DNA from: Aulosira sp. ZfuVER01
Lineage (GTDB): Bacteria > Cyanobacteriota > Cyanobacteriia > Cyanobacteriales > Nostocaceae
Direction: 5' to 3'
Length of the DNA stretch: 64,000 nucleotides
NCBI GenBank assembly: GCA_034530615.2
Contig: JAVRCV020000001.1
Coordinates: 1-64,000 of the forward strand
The position numbers were made by a program, and so were the translations under genes. Of this stretch, positions 9,680 to 21,200 are shown piece by piece; the stretch's first letter is position 1, and each line of letters begins with the position of its first letter. Below the pieces are notes generated by a model. It made no database searches. It saw nothing but the letters and a program-made list of their open reading frames with translations, and was not told where the DNA came from.

Positions 9680-10555
9680 ATGATTCTAGTCACTGGAGCA
9701 ACGGGAGGAATTGGTCGCAGAGTCGTGCGACTTTTACGCCAACAGGAGAAGCCAGTGCGGGCTTTTGTTCGCCTGACTTCTCGTTACAGCGAATTAGAAC
9801 ACCGAGGATCTGAAATCTTCATCGGTGATTTAAGGCGAGAAAAAGATATTCAGCAAGCTTGTCGTGGTGTTCAGTATATTATCAGCGCCCACGGTTCTGA
9901 TAGCGATGCTTTATCCCTTGATTATCGCGCCAATATTGAACTCATTGACCAAGCAAAAGCCAATGGAGTCAAACATTTTGTTTTTATTTCCGTACTGGGT
10001 GCAGATCGGGGGTATGAAGATGCTCCTGTATTCAAAGCCAAACGCGCAGTAGAGAAATATTTGGAAGCTAGTGGCGTGAATTACACTATTTTACGTCCGG
10101 CTGGATTAGCATCAAACTTGCTAATATTAGCAGAACGGTTTCGCGAAACAGGGTTGTATCTGCTGATTGGCGACCCCAAAAATCGTACTTCCATAGTAAG
10201 TACAGATGATTTGGCCAAGATGGTGGCGGATTCTTTGACAGTTGAAGGCGCTCTCAACCAAAATTTAGCAGTAGGGGGCCCAGAGATTTTAATGCGTAGG
10301 GATATTCCCCAAATTTTTGGTCGCATCTTCAACAAAGAACCAATAGTCATTAATCCACCACTGTTTGCCATTGATGGGTTGCGGGGTGCTTTAGGTTTAT
10401 TTAATCCCCAAACATACCAAGCTTTGGGAACCTATCGTACTTTGCTCGCCAATGAATTTTTCTGCACAAAAGAAGAAATCTCCAACTTAGAGAGTATTTA
10501 TAACTTTAAATTGGAGACATTAGAAAATTTTGTGCGGCGTTATTTAGCAGTGTAA
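9680..10555 (+). CDS. NAD(P)-binding SDR/NmrA-like oxidoreductase
   Basis: ILVTGATGGIG, YTILRP. Confidence 0.88.
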   Translation: MILVTGATGGIGRRVVRLLRQQEKPVRAFVRLTSRYSELEHRGSEIFIGDLRREKDIQQACRGVQYIISAHGSDSDALSLDYRANIELIDQAKANGVKHFVFISVLGADRGYEDAPVFKAKRAVEKYLEASGVNYTILRPAGLASNLLILAERFRETGLYLLIGDPKNRTSIVSTDDLAKMVADSLTVEGALNQNLAVGGPEILMRRDIPQIFGRIFNKEPIVINPPLFAIDGLRGALGLFNPQTYQALGTYRTLLANEFFCTKEEISNLESIYNFKLETLENFVRRYLAV

Positions 10556-10723
10556 ATGGCTAGGGCTTGGGGAAAAGGAGGACAAGACAGAAGTAACTAA
10601 CTAAGTCTTGCCTATTCCCTTCTTGCCCAATTTCCCATGCCCAATGATGGCAGTTGCTCCACTTGGGGAAACCCCAAGACCGCACTGCCTCCCCCATGCC
10701 CAAGGAAAAATAACAAAAATTCT

Positions 10724-12220
10724 ATGAAATATTCCCTAGTTGCGAATGCTACTCAAGCGCGTCAGACAAAACAGCGATTTGCTAAACCAGACGAACAACT
10801 ATCTTATGAATTAGGTAAAGCAGTACAGGAATTACCACCGCTATACACTAGATTGTTAGCGGGAACGATCAGCCTAATAGTATTTGGGGCGATCGCCTGG
10901 GCACATTTTTCCGAAATCGATGAAGTCGCGATCGCATCAGGGGAATTAATTGCATCTACACAGGTTCGGCCAGTCACATCCTTAGGTGGTGGCACAATTA
11001 TTAAAATCAAAGTTAAAGAAGGCGATCGCGTCACCAAAAATCAAGTGTTGATTCAACGCGATCCCGACCTGAAACAAACTGATGTTAATCGCCTGGCGAA
11101 AGCTACCAAGTTAATTCAAGAAGACTTGCAACGTTTAGATGCTGAACGGGTAGGAGTTAAAACTACGGGGACAAAATTGCAAGATGAACTTTTAAACTCC
11201 CGCCTTGCAGACTATCAAGCACGTCAGGCGACTGCGGAAGCTGAAGCTAATCGCCAACAAGCAATTATGGATCAGGCAAAAGTGCGGCTAACTCGGTTAA
11301 AAGAAAACTTAGTCAGCGCGAAAAGCAGTTTGGCCAATGCCAAAACTAATCTGGGCAACGCTGAAAGTATTTCTATTAAAATAGAAAGCAATTTGGCGAT
11401 CGCTCAAAAAAGAGAACAAAGCCTGCGTACCCTGATTACTCCTGGTGCTGTACCTAGAGTCGATTACTTGGAGGCTCAAGAAAGATTAAATCGAGCCACT
11501 ACAGAAATCACTAGAGCCAGAGATGAGGTAACTAACGCCCAGAATAAAATTATCGAAGCTCAAGACAGAGTCACATCCTTAGAAAAAGATATTGCAGCTC
11601 AAGCCCAAGAAATTCGCCAAGCTGAACAAGCTTATCAAGCCGCGCGCAGTCAAGCACAGCGTGTAGCATCAGAACGCCAAAGTGAAATTCTCACCCAAAT
11701 CAACAAGCGCAAAGAAGAACTCACTAACGTTGCTGGTCAGTTAGAGCAAGCGCAAAAGCAGGAAGACGAAGAAACAATTAAAGCTCCCTTTGCAGGCACA
11801 ATTTACAAAATTAAAGCCACCAAGGGGCCAGTACAATCTGGTGAAGAATTACTTTCCATTTTGCCAGAAGGGGAGGAAATGCTTCTAGAAGTCAAAGTCC
11901 TCAACCGCGATATTGGATTTATCCGCCAGGGGATGAAAGCCAAGGTAAAAATGGCAACCTTCCCCTTTCAGGAATTTGGTGTGATTGAAGGTGATGTTGT
12001 CCAAGTCAGTCCCAATGCAACTACTGATAAAGACTTGGGCTTAGTTTTCCCCACGCGAATTAAGCTCAACAAACACTCAATCAACGTCCGCGGTCAAGAA
12101 GTCGCCTTAACTCCAGGGATGTCAGCTAATGGGGAAATTGTCACGCGCAAAAAGTCAGTTTTGACCTTTATTATGGAGCCGGTGACACGACGGTTTAGCG
12201 AGGCTTTTTCTGTAAGGTAG
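10724..12220 (+). CDS. HlyD family type I secretion membrane-fusion protein
   Basis: TM helix, VKEGDRV lipoyl half-motif, long coiled coil, IKAPFAG, DIGFIRQG, LTPGM. Start likely MKYSLV at 10724; the upstream extension is repeat-derived. Confidence 0.9.
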   Translation: MKYSLVANATQARQTKQRFAKPDEQLSYELGKAVQELPPLYTRLLAGTISLIVFGAIAWAHFSEIDEVAIASGELIASTQVRPVTSLGGGTIIKIKVKEGDRVTKNQVLIQRDPDLKQTDVNRLAKATKLIQEDLQRLDAERVGVKTTGTKLQDELLNSRLADYQARQATAEAEANRQQAIMDQAKVRLTRLKENLVSAKSSLANAKTNLGNAESISIKIESNLAIAQKREQSLRTLITPGAVPRVDYLEAQERLNRATTEITRARDEVTNAQNKIIEAQDRVTSLEKDIAAQAQEIRQAEQAYQAARSQAQRVASERQSEILTQINKRKEELTNVAGQLEQAQKQEDEETIKAPFAGTIYKIKATKGPVQSGEELLSILPEGEEMLLEVKVLNRDIGFIRQGMKAKVKMATFPFQEFGVIEGDVVQVSPNATTDKDLGLVFPTRIKLNKHSINVRGQEVALTPGMSANGEIVTRKKSVLTFIMEPVTRRFSEAFSVR

Positions 12221-12445
12221 GTTTGGAAGTGCGATCGCTGTTTTGGATGCATAGGAGGAGCGATCCGCCAATCAAGAAATGAGCACGTACACTGTGGGTA
12301 ATTACAAAGGCGATTTCTCTTGATCATGTATGAGAATTGGACAGCGATCGCACTCCATCATACTCAAACAGCTATCGTCCCTCATCTCCAGATTACCATC
12401 ATGTGCTCACTATCTATAATTTGCAACAGCTATATGTTGTGAATG

Positions 12446-12473
12446 TTGGGTTTGGGGGTTCCTCCACCCAACG
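12446..12473. repeat. REP-like palindrome just after the toxin-gene stop
   Basis: gttgggt-ttgggggttcctcc-acccaac. Confidence 0.55.
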
Positions 12474-12479
12474 TCCTAA

Positions 12480-15400
12480 CTAGGAATAAAATTTATCTGC
12501 ATTAACTTGATGGAGTTTACCGACAAAATTATCTCTGCTCAGGTCATATCCATAATTATAATAAAGCTGAACACCTAACTCTACAGACTTTTTATCACTA
12601 GGATCATCCCAAGATGAAGGGTCAATCAAAACTGCATTTACATTTGACCCTCCTATAAGTTTTTGAACTGTATCAATTAGAGAAGCAACTCTGAATATAT
12701 TATTGATATTCAAGGGATTTTTGATAAATTCAGTAATTGTTTCAACAACATTGAATGCAAAGCTTTTTAAATCAATGTTGTTATTTTTGGCATTAGTTAG
12801 TATCTGTGCTGCTCCTGCGCCTCCTATAAGTTCCCAATCACTAAAACCAGCAAATTTTCCAACATAACCATAATGAATATTAGACCACATTTCAAATTTG
12901 TATGATCTCTGTATTCCATATTCATCAATGTCAGATGTCCATTGTCCGTGCTTATCAGGTCTTACCTCTTCTTTCCATTTATGATCCCAATCTCTTCCTC
13001 CCGCGACCTTATTAGCCCATAAAATATAGGCTAGAGATTTTGCTAATCCAGTAAATCCGGGTATTTTTGAAAGCAAAAAATCTGTCGATGATGAGTTGAG
13101 CAAACTTATTGAGTCAACATTATTTCGGTTATCTCGCATTTGGCTATAGATGTAGTTTTCTATCGGCAAGGCACTTCCCAAGAGCTTAATTCCCGAACCG
13201 AAAGATTCATAATACCCCCCTTGATTATTATTAGCAACAATTTTTACACTATAGGTTCCTGCATTCATATTGTCAGGAATAGTTAAAGTGCCATAATAAT
13301 CGTTATCAAGAAAATCTATTTGACCTAGAGTTATCTGAGTATCCCCTATATAAAATCGAAGATTTTGTACGTTTTTTGCTTGACCCCGAATTGTAATTTT
13401 GTCTCCTATAATAACAGTGTTATCTCCATCTCTTGCATCAGACGTGCTTGCAATGGAAATATATGAATTTCCGCCATCATAATTATCTGGGTTGCGTATC
13501 AGTACATCATTTGAATTATTATTAGAATTCCCATTATTGGTATCATTGGGCATACCTTCTGGATTTCCATAGATATAGCCACTAGGAACCCAGTTATTCG
13601 TTCCAGCTATTCTGAACCAACGATTATCTGGAGTTCCAGCCATATAATCGATAACCGTGTCACCCGTAGTCCAAGCATCAAAAGAAATTGTTTCATGGTA
13701 AGACTTTGCTTGACCATTTTTATCACTGAGATGAGGACTATTCCGCAAAGCTACCCCTATACCAGGCATTACCCAACCAGAGAAATTCTTGAGAATAATC
13801 TCAGAATCAACTGTCCCTCCTGTATTCGTAGGAGTTGAAGTTCCAGGATTTGTATAACCGCTACCAGGAGGATTACCATAAATGTAACCACTGGGAACCC
13901 ATTCATTTGTTCCAGCAATTCTGAACCAACGATTATCAGGTGTTCCTAGTTGATAATCTGTTACTGTATCTCCAGTAGTCCAAGCATCAAAAGATAGCGT
14001 TTGATGATAAGGCTTCGCTTGACCATTCTTATCATTCAAATGCGGACTATTACGCAAGGCTACCCCAATATCAGGCATTACCCAGCCCGAAAAATTCACA
14101 TAAACAATATCAGAGGATACAGTCCCCGAACTACCCGTATAATCACCACCAACGCTAATTGTTGGGGGGTTACCATTAATATAACCACTGGGAACCCAAT
14201 AATTTGTACCTGCGACTTTGAACCAACGATTATCAGGTGTTCCTAAAGAATAGTCAGTTACAACATCCCCAGTAGTCCATCCATCAAAATATAGTGTTTC
14301 ATGATAAGGTTTTGCTTGACTAGTCTTATCATTGAGATGCGGACTATTCCGTAAATATACTCCAATACTTGGCATTACCCAACCAGAAAAACTGGCTCGC
14401 ACTAACCCTGATGCCTTATTATCAATTACCGTATAGGTTGAGCCATTATCGTTATAGATAATATAGCCATTGTCAAAATACTGATGAATGACACCATTAC
14501 CAACACCAATCTCACCACTGGTTGGTGAACCTAGTCTACCCCTTTCTCCACCTTCATCATTGAGATAGTGAGCGCCAATTCCGCCAAACGCAGGGAAAAT
14601 TCCTTTCGATGACTGAATAATTACACCGCCTTGAAAGTCTTGCCGCCAACTACCATTAGTGCTGTAACGATCTGAAGTAGGATAGCCCAAGATACTACCA
14701 GCACCGCCTATTTCCAAAAATTTATTCCAGAAGTCACCGCCAACCCAGTAGGAATTATCATTAGCGTTGGACTTCATAATTCCACCCTTGCCATCAGATC
14801 CGCCTGTGAAGTCTTGAATATAGCCATTTCCCCAAGGATGCACATTATTGATTGGAGAACCTAAGCTGGCTGTACCACCATCGCGGTTAAAGGTGTTGAC
14901 GTAGGTAGAATGAGTAGCCCCTCCGTCATTGCCTACTATCAATACTGAGAAACTACCATCTGCTGATTTGAAAATTGTGCCGCCTTGAAATTGTTGCCGC
15001 CAACCGTTATCAGCAGCGTAACGATCTGAAGTGGGATAACGCAAAGAACCACCAGCACCACCCATTTGAAGGAATTTATTCCAAAAGTCACCGCCAACCC
15101 AGTAAGAATTATCGTTGGCGTTAGACTTCATAATTCCGCCTTTAGCGTCAAAACCTCCAGAGAAGTCTTGAATATAGCCATCTCCCCAAGAATGCACATT
15201 ATTGATTGGAGAACCTAAAAATGATGAACTACCATCCCGATTGAAGGTATTTCTATAGGTTGAATTAATAGCAACGCCATCGTAACCGACGACATTAATA
15301 AGCTGTCCCTGCCAGTTTTTAATTGCGATCTTATTGTCAGCAGTTATCCCAATAAAGCCATTTTCAAAGGTATGATAATACTTGTAGCCATTGACATTAG

Positions 15401-17864
15401 ATTGTTCAGTAGCTTGTGTAGGAAATCCCAGTCCACCATTTTGTCGCTCATAACCACCTGTTAAGCGATAGATGTCTAACATCCATCCCTGCACTCGATA
15501 GGGCCCACCTTGAGTTAGTTGCTGACCATCTCTTACGAAGAAGATGCTGTCTCCATCTCCTTTTGGACTAGCTGTAAACTCCTGAACCCATCCCCCAGTA
15601 ACACGACGCACCGATCCAGTTGGATTGCCTACACTGTTCTGACTCCAATAGATATAATCATTCTTCCACTGCAATTCTGTACCATCGGGCGCACCTTGCC
15701 CCACTAAAGCAAAACTACTAGCTTTTTGGTTATAAGATGGAGTGACAATGCCATTGCGATTAGTCAGCGTACCACCTTCAAACTCCATCACAAAACTGCC
15801 ATCTTCTTTTTTATATATAGGGGAAGTTGGTAAACCTAAGCCAGAGTAAACGCCAAATAATCCATTAGTTGTGTTGTTGTTAGCATATTGGTTATTCGTA
15901 TAATAGTCAGCGATCGCTCCATACATTAGGAATGTACCAAACTGACTCTGATATGTGCCAATTCCTTTGCTATTAAAGAAAGAGCGTGTAACACTACTTC
16001 CAAAGTAAGTATTATTAACTGGTGATGGATCGATATAATCATAATTACCGAAAGAAGCAGCAGAAACGCTTAGATTGTAGTTAGTATTGACACTATTTCC
16101 GACGGGGTAAACGTGGATATAGTAATTCCCTACACCTAAAGGTAAATTTATCGATTCTGATGCATTACCAGTTAGTTTTGAACTTGTCAAAATTTCTATT
16201 GCATCTGACTGACCATTTGCATTTAGATCTTGGAGCACCCGAATATCAGCATTGTTACTCAAACCATTGAGCGATAGATTTAAGTTAGTAGGAGTATTAA
16301 CGCTGAATTTATAGTAATCGTTAGGATCAGAATCACCTACGAAGTCATTAAAGGTTTGAGTGCTACTGAGAGTACCAATATTGCGAGCAGTACTAAAAGT
16401 ATTGCCCGCATAATCTTGAGGGATCGCAGACAGGTTCAAATTATAGTTAGTGCCACCGCCCAAGGAATAGACTCGCACGTAGTAATTACCTGCATTTAAG
16501 CTCCGGCTAATAGACTCTGCTGTCGTGCCAGTATTTGTAGAACCTTGAATAAACGCACCATTACTATCAAGAAGTTGCACATTAGCATCTGCACTTAAAC
16601 CGTTAAGTGATAAAGTGAAATCGCTAGTAGTGGCGACATTGAACCGATAATAATCATTGCTATCAGTAGCATCGACGCGATCGCGGAAAGTACCGTTACC
16701 ATTAATTGTGCCAGTGTTAAAACTATTAGCAGTAGTATTTCCAGCCAGATCAATAGCTGTAGGCTCATTAAATCTGCTGCCAATTCCAGCAATTTTCCAG
16801 TTAGTATCACCCAGCTGATTGAAATAAACACCGCTAAGGAGTGTTGTGCCATTCATGTACCACAGTGCATTTTGTCCTGTGACAGAGTTACGCCAGACTA
16901 TGTCCGGTTGTCCATCACGATTGAAATCTGCTGTGCCTTCAATCTTCCAGTTATTGTCTGCTAGCTTGTTAAAATAAACACCGCTAAGGAGTGTTGTGCC
17001 ATTCATGTACCACAGGGCATTTTCTCCCGTGACAGAGTTACGCCAAACTATGTCCGATTGTCCATCGCGATTGAAATCTGCTGTGCCTTCAATCTTCCAG
17101 TTATTATCTGCCAGCTTGTTAAAATACACACCACCCAGGAGAGTAGCATTATTCATGTACCACAGGGCATTTTCTCCCGTGGCAGAGTTACGCCAGACTA
17201 TGTCCGGTTGTCCATCGCGATTAAAATCAGCCGTTCCTACAATTTTCCAGTTCGTATCTGCTAGTTGATTGAAATAAGCAGTGCCAAGGAGAGTTGTGCC
17301 ATTCATGTACCACAGTGCATTTTGTCCTGTAGCAGAGTTACGCCAAACTATGTCTAATTGTCCATCGCGATTGAAATCTGCTGTCCCCTCAATCTTCCAG
17401 TTATTGTCTGCTAGCTGATTAAAATAAGCACCATTTAGTAAGCTATCACCATTCATTTGCCATAGTGCATTTTCTCCTGTGGCAGAGTTGCGCCAGACTA
17501 AATTTGGTTGCAAGTTATTTTGAACGGCAACAGAAAGGTTGTAGTTAGTACCAGAGTTAGTCGCACCTTGATAAACCCGAATGTAATAACTACCTGCATC
17601 GAGAATGCTATTAATTGATTCAGCGATGCTATTAGCATTTTCGGAACGAGCAATTAGCCCGCCACTACTGTTGAGTAGGTCAATATTTACATTTGCACTT
17701 AAATTTGTGAGTGCCAGATTCAAACTACTACGACCACTAAGATTCAAACCGTAGTAATCGTTAGTATCGTCCACTCCTATCCAGTCACTGAAGCTTTGAG
17801 AGTTGGAATTCAAATTTACATTTAAAGCTGTATTCAGTATATTGCCTGCATTATCTAAAGGCAT
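12480..17864 (-). CDS. Large modular putative extracellular protein: PPC-like, 5x FG-GAP-like, 2x PPC-like, LGFP-like repeats, 3x SH3b-like, Ig-like, C-terminal Ntox44-like polymorphic toxin domain
   Basis: DxNDYY...L.AGxYYIRV domains; five 50-aa WRNSATGxNALW...WKIEGTADFNRDG repeats; LG(Y/S/F)PTS repeats; three LRNSP...NRWF.IAGT..WVPSGYI repeats; C-terminal W.NKV..G..WDHK, SNIHYGYVG..AGF...EL..GAG.AQ, DDP.D...V..G..LY. Confidence 0.85.
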   Translation of the reverse strand: MPLDNAGNILNTALNVNLNSNSQSFSDWIGVDDTNDYYGLNLSGRSSLNLALTNLSANVNIDLLNSSGGLIARSENANSIAESINSILDAGSYYIRVYQGATNSGTNYNLSVAVQNNLQPNLVWRNSATGENALWQMNGDSLLNGAYFNQLADNNWKIEGTADFNRDGQLDIVWRNSATGQNALWYMNGTTLLGTAYFNQLADTNWKIVGTADFNRDGQPDIVWRNSATGENALWYMNNATLLGGVYFNKLADNNWKIEGTADFNRDGQSDIVWRNSVTGENALWYMNGTTLLSGVYFNKLADNNWKIEGTADFNRDGQPDIVWRNSVTGQNALWYMNGTTLLSGVYFNQLGDTNWKIAGIGSRFNEPTAIDLAGNTTANSFNTGTINGNGTFRDRVDATDSNDYYRFNVATTSDFTLSLNGLSADANVQLLDSNGAFIQGSTNTGTTAESISRSLNAGNYYVRVYSLGGGTNYNLNLSAIPQDYAGNTFSTARNIGTLSSTQTFNDFVGDSDPNDYYKFSVNTPTNLNLSLNGLSNNADIRVLQDLNANGQSDAIEILTSSKLTGNASESINLPLGVGNYYIHVYPVGNSVNTNYNLSVSAASFGNYDYIDPSPVNNTYFGSSVTRSFFNSKGIGTYQSQFGTFLMYGAIADYYTNNQYANNNTTNGLFGVYSGLGLPTSPIYKKEDGSFVMEFEGGTLTNRNGIVTPSYNQKASSFALVGQGAPDGTELQWKNDYIYWSQNSVGNPTGSVRRVTGGWVQEFTASPKGDGDSIFFVRDGQQLTQGGPYRVQGWMLDIYRLTGGYERQNGGLGFPTQATEQSNVNGYKYYHTFENGFIGITADNKIAIKNWQGQLINVVGYDGVAINSTYRNTFNRDGSSSFLGSPINNVHSWGDGYIQDFSGGFDAKGGIMKSNANDNSYWVGGDFWNKFLQMGGAGGSLRYPTSDRYAADNGWRQQFQGGTIFKSADGSFSVLIVGNDGGATHSTYVNTFNRDGGTASLGSPINNVHPWGNGYIQDFTGGSDGKGGIMKSNANDNSYWVGGDFWNKFLEIGGAGSILGYPTSDRYSTNGSWRQDFQGGVIIQSSKGIFPAFGGIGAHYLNDEGGERGRLGSPTSGEIGVGNGVIHQYFDNGYIIYNDNGSTYTVIDNKASGLVRASFSGWVMPSIGVYLRNSPHLNDKTSQAKPYHETLYFDGWTTGDVVTDYSLGTPDNRWFKVAGTNYWVPSGYINGNPPTISVGGDYTGSSGTVSSDIVYVNFSGWVMPDIGVALRNSPHLNDKNGQAKPYHQTLSFDAWTTGDTVTDYQLGTPDNRWFRIAGTNEWVPSGYIYGNPPGSGYTNPGTSTPTNTGGTVDSEIILKNFSGWVMPGIGVALRNSPHLSDKNGQAKSYHETISFDAWTTGDTVIDYMAGTPDNRWFRIAGTNNWVPSGYIYGNPEGMPNDTNNGNSNNNSNDVLIRNPDNYDGGNSYISIASTSDARDGDNTVIIGDKITIRGQAKNVQNLRFYIGDTQITLGQIDFLDNDYYGTLTIPDNMNAGTYSVKIVANNNQGGYYESFGSGIKLLGSALPIENYIYSQMRDNRNNVDSISLLNSSSTDFLLSKIPGFTGLAKSLAYILWANKVAGGRDWDHKWKEEVRPDKHGQWTSDIDEYGIQRSYKFEMWSNIHYGYVGKFAGFSDWELIGGAGAAQILTNAKNNNIDLKSFAFNVVETITEFIKNPLNINNIFRVASLIDTVQKLIGGSNVNAVLIDPSSWDDPSDKKSVELGVQLYYNYGYDLSRDNFVGKLHQVNADKFYS

Positions 17865-18176
17865 AAATATCTCTATTCAGTTGCTAAAGTAGATGCTTGT
17901 AAAGCTTGCCATAGAATGGTTTTAAAAAACGTAATTCTATCTGCAATTAATTCAATTCTGATTTCGGTTATCCTAATTTTGCTAGCGTGTGCTTACGTAA
18001 AATAAATAAAGAATTGATAAACGTAATTTTAGATACAAAAATATTTTAAATACTGATAATATATATTTTTTCTTATGTTAGTAATCAGAGTTTTTGCTAT
18101 CGTCAATAGGGAATATATGTAATAATTTTGATTTTACTCTTATAAAAATTATTTAATTCCAACGATCCAGTACAGC

Positions 18177-18200
18177 AAAAAAGCCTGCGAAGGCAGGCTA
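18177..18200 (-). terminator. Rho-independent terminator after the 1202-aa paralogue
   Basis: Minus strand reads agcctgc-cttc-gcaggct followed by a T run. Confidence 0.75.
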
Positions 18201-18255
18201 TGTTGAGTACATCTTTAGCTATGGCATTATTCCAGAGAGAGAAAAGTAAAGATAG

Positions 18256-21200
18256 CTATGCAACATTTGCACTAACTAAATTCAACTTATAAGGAGTATT
18301 GACACTCGAATCATAGCGATAAACATTGACATAGTAAGTACCAGCAGCTAATCCTGAGCGACTGAGCGTTTCTGTGCTAGTTCCAGAATTACTTGAGCGG
18401 CTAATCTCTTCACCTGTATCAAATACACCATTGTTGTTGGCATCATAAATCAAGCGGATATCAGCATTAGCGGTGAGGTCAGTCAAGGTAAAGTTAAGAT
18501 TGGTAGTGCCAGCAAATTCATAACGAAACAGGTCATCAAAGTTGCGATCGCCTACAGAAGCACTGTAATAATTGCTATAAGTATAGCCTGATTGATATTT
18601 ACCAAAGTTATTCGTTAGTGCCGAACTAAAGTTACTACCAATAGTTATAGCTGGATCTGATGCTGCCAATTGGCTAAGATTCAAAGTATAACTAGCCTCA
18701 TTGATGAATCTGTTTCCAGAAGAGTCTAAGTAGTTGGTTGCAAAAACATCTATATAGTAACTACCTGCGGCTAAGTTAGAAATATTAAATGATTCTGAGG
18801 TAGTACCTGCATTATTAGAAGTGGCGATTACCTCGCCTGCATCAATTACTCCATTATTGTTGGCATCGTAAATTAACCTCATATCCGCATTCGCAGTCAA
18901 ATTACTGAGATTCGCCTTCAGAGTACCAATTGCACCAAAGTTGATTCGATAAAGTCGGTTGGTAAATTCACTATTAACAGAGTAAGAGTATGAACCAGAA
19001 AAACTATTGCCTGCTGCAATAGGATTGCCACTGTTATAGTTATAATCCACATTACTCAACGAAGTTTTAGTTCCGCCTGTTGGTAAAGCATAAGGTTGAG
19101 CAACACCATAGTTAATATTCCAGCCAATATCTCTGAGAGCAGCAAGAGACAACTGGCTCAAAGCTCCTACAGCCCCCTTTGTTACGTGAGTCATAGTTTC
19201 GTTGCCAAAGACTTCTTCTTTCCAATGGGTGTAGTCAGAATCGCTACCTACACCTGTTGTCATTGGAATAGCTGTTTGGACAAATGTACCCTTTAGTCCG
19301 CCGTAAACCCAACCTGCGTATGTATTGGCATTATAAGTTCCAGTAGATGTATTAACAGCAGAACTATTTAGAGAACCCACCAGGCCTAATGCATGACCAA
19401 GCTCGTGAATAATTACATCTGGGGTGTAATTAGTAGTGGTATTTAATGTATTCAGATAGCTACTACTAAGTTTGATATAACCGGAAGTAGGAATAAGGCG
19501 ACCATTACTATCTGTTGCTATGTTTGACGACCCTCCCTTAGCTAAGGTGCTACCAGTTATTGAAGTATCCTCAATGATGTTAAGATTGAATATTTGAGAT
19601 GTATTGAAACTGGTGTAAGGAATAGCATTTTTCCAAAAGTTAATACCTTTTTGAATTGTATTTCGTGCAGTTGTATTAATACTGCTACCGAAGGTAGGGC
19701 TAATGGAGAAACTACGGTCATCGTTACTAGCAGCAGTAAAGTTAGTGGTGAGATTATAGTTAGCAGTCTGGTTGTTATAACTCATCACTTGCAGATAATA
19801 AGTACCTGAGTTGAGAAAACGACGAATAGATTCGCTTGTCGTACCACGCTCCCATTGCCAAGCCAGAATCTCACCAGTATCTAAAACCCCAGTTGTAGAA
19901 TTGTATAGTTGAGCCGTATCAATCACTCCATTATTATTGATATCTTGAATCAATCTGACATCAGCATCGCCAGTCAAACCAGTAAGAGTTGTGGTAAAGA
20001 CTCCCGACTGACTGAGACTAAAGCGGTAGAAATCAAAGTTGTCGCTAGCACTAACCTGTTCACTCTTTGAGAAAGTAGCTAAGCTTTTTACTTCAGCAGT
20101 TCCCAAAGTATTACCAGGATCTATAGATGAAATCACGCTGAAATAGCTATTGCCAAAATCCCAAACATTCGCGTTGCTGGTGCTGCTGACACGGATTTGA
20201 TAATCGCTACCAGCCACTAAGTTATTGGGGACTAACCAAGACTCAACCCCATCGCTGAGTGTGGAACTGAACAAAGTACTATAGAGGCTACCTGCTTTGT
20301 ACAGTTCAATTTTGACATTCTCGCCAATGTTGTCATTCCAAGTGATGTTGTAGGTTGAACCCGCTTGCAAACTTTCACCCCCATTGGGACTGGTGAGTGT
20401 TACGAAAGGAGGTTCGGCTTGAGTTGCAGAGAGATTTAAATTGTAGTTACTGTTTCCACTTGACTGGTATATCCAAATGTAGTAATTACCTGTAGTTAGT
20501 TGACGATTAATAACCTCGTTTGTAGTTCCACTATTGTAGGAGCCTTGAAGAACGACTCCATTACTATCAAGAAGCTGCACATTGGCATCAGCAGTTAAAC
20601 CACTCAGTGATAAGTTAAAATTGCTATAAGTAGATAAGTTGAACGAATAATAATCGTTGCGATCGCTATCATCAACGCGATCGCGGAAATTACCACTACC
20701 GTTCAGCGTCCCGATATTCAAAGCATTAGCAGTAATATTTCCAGCTACATCGATGGCTGTGGGTTCATTAAATCTAGTAGCGATACCAGTAATTTTCCAA
20801 TTAGTATCTGCAAGCTTATTGAAATAAACACCGCTTAATAGGGTAGCGTTATTCATATACCACAGGGCATTTTCTCCCGTGGCAGAGTTACGCCAAACTA
20901 TATCTGATTGCCCATCGCGATTGAAATCTGCTGTCCCCTCAATCTGCCAATTAGTATCAGCAAGCTGGTTGAAATAAGCAGCACCAACGAGAGTAGTATT
21001 ATTCATATACCACAGGGCATTTTCTCCCGTGGCAGAGTTACGCCAAACTATATCTGATTGCCCATCGCGATTGAAATCTGCTGTCCCCTCAATCTGCCAA
21101 TTAGTATCAGCAAGCTGGTTGAAATAAGCAGCACCAACGAGAGTAGTATTATTCATATACCACAGGGCATTTTCTCCCGTGGCAGAGTTACGCCAAACTA

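Noticed and set aside
10637..10723. N-terminal extension of HlyD
   Set aside because: It derives from a dispersed repeat (ggcagttgc...gcactgcc) flanked by cccatgcccaa duplicates; the real start is more likely 10724.
12094..12327. Immunity protein for the Ntox44-like toxin
   Set aside because: The 77-aa ORF overlaps the hlyD 3' end antisense, runs through HIP1-containing intergenic DNA, starts about 150 bp after the toxin stop and does not look protein-like.
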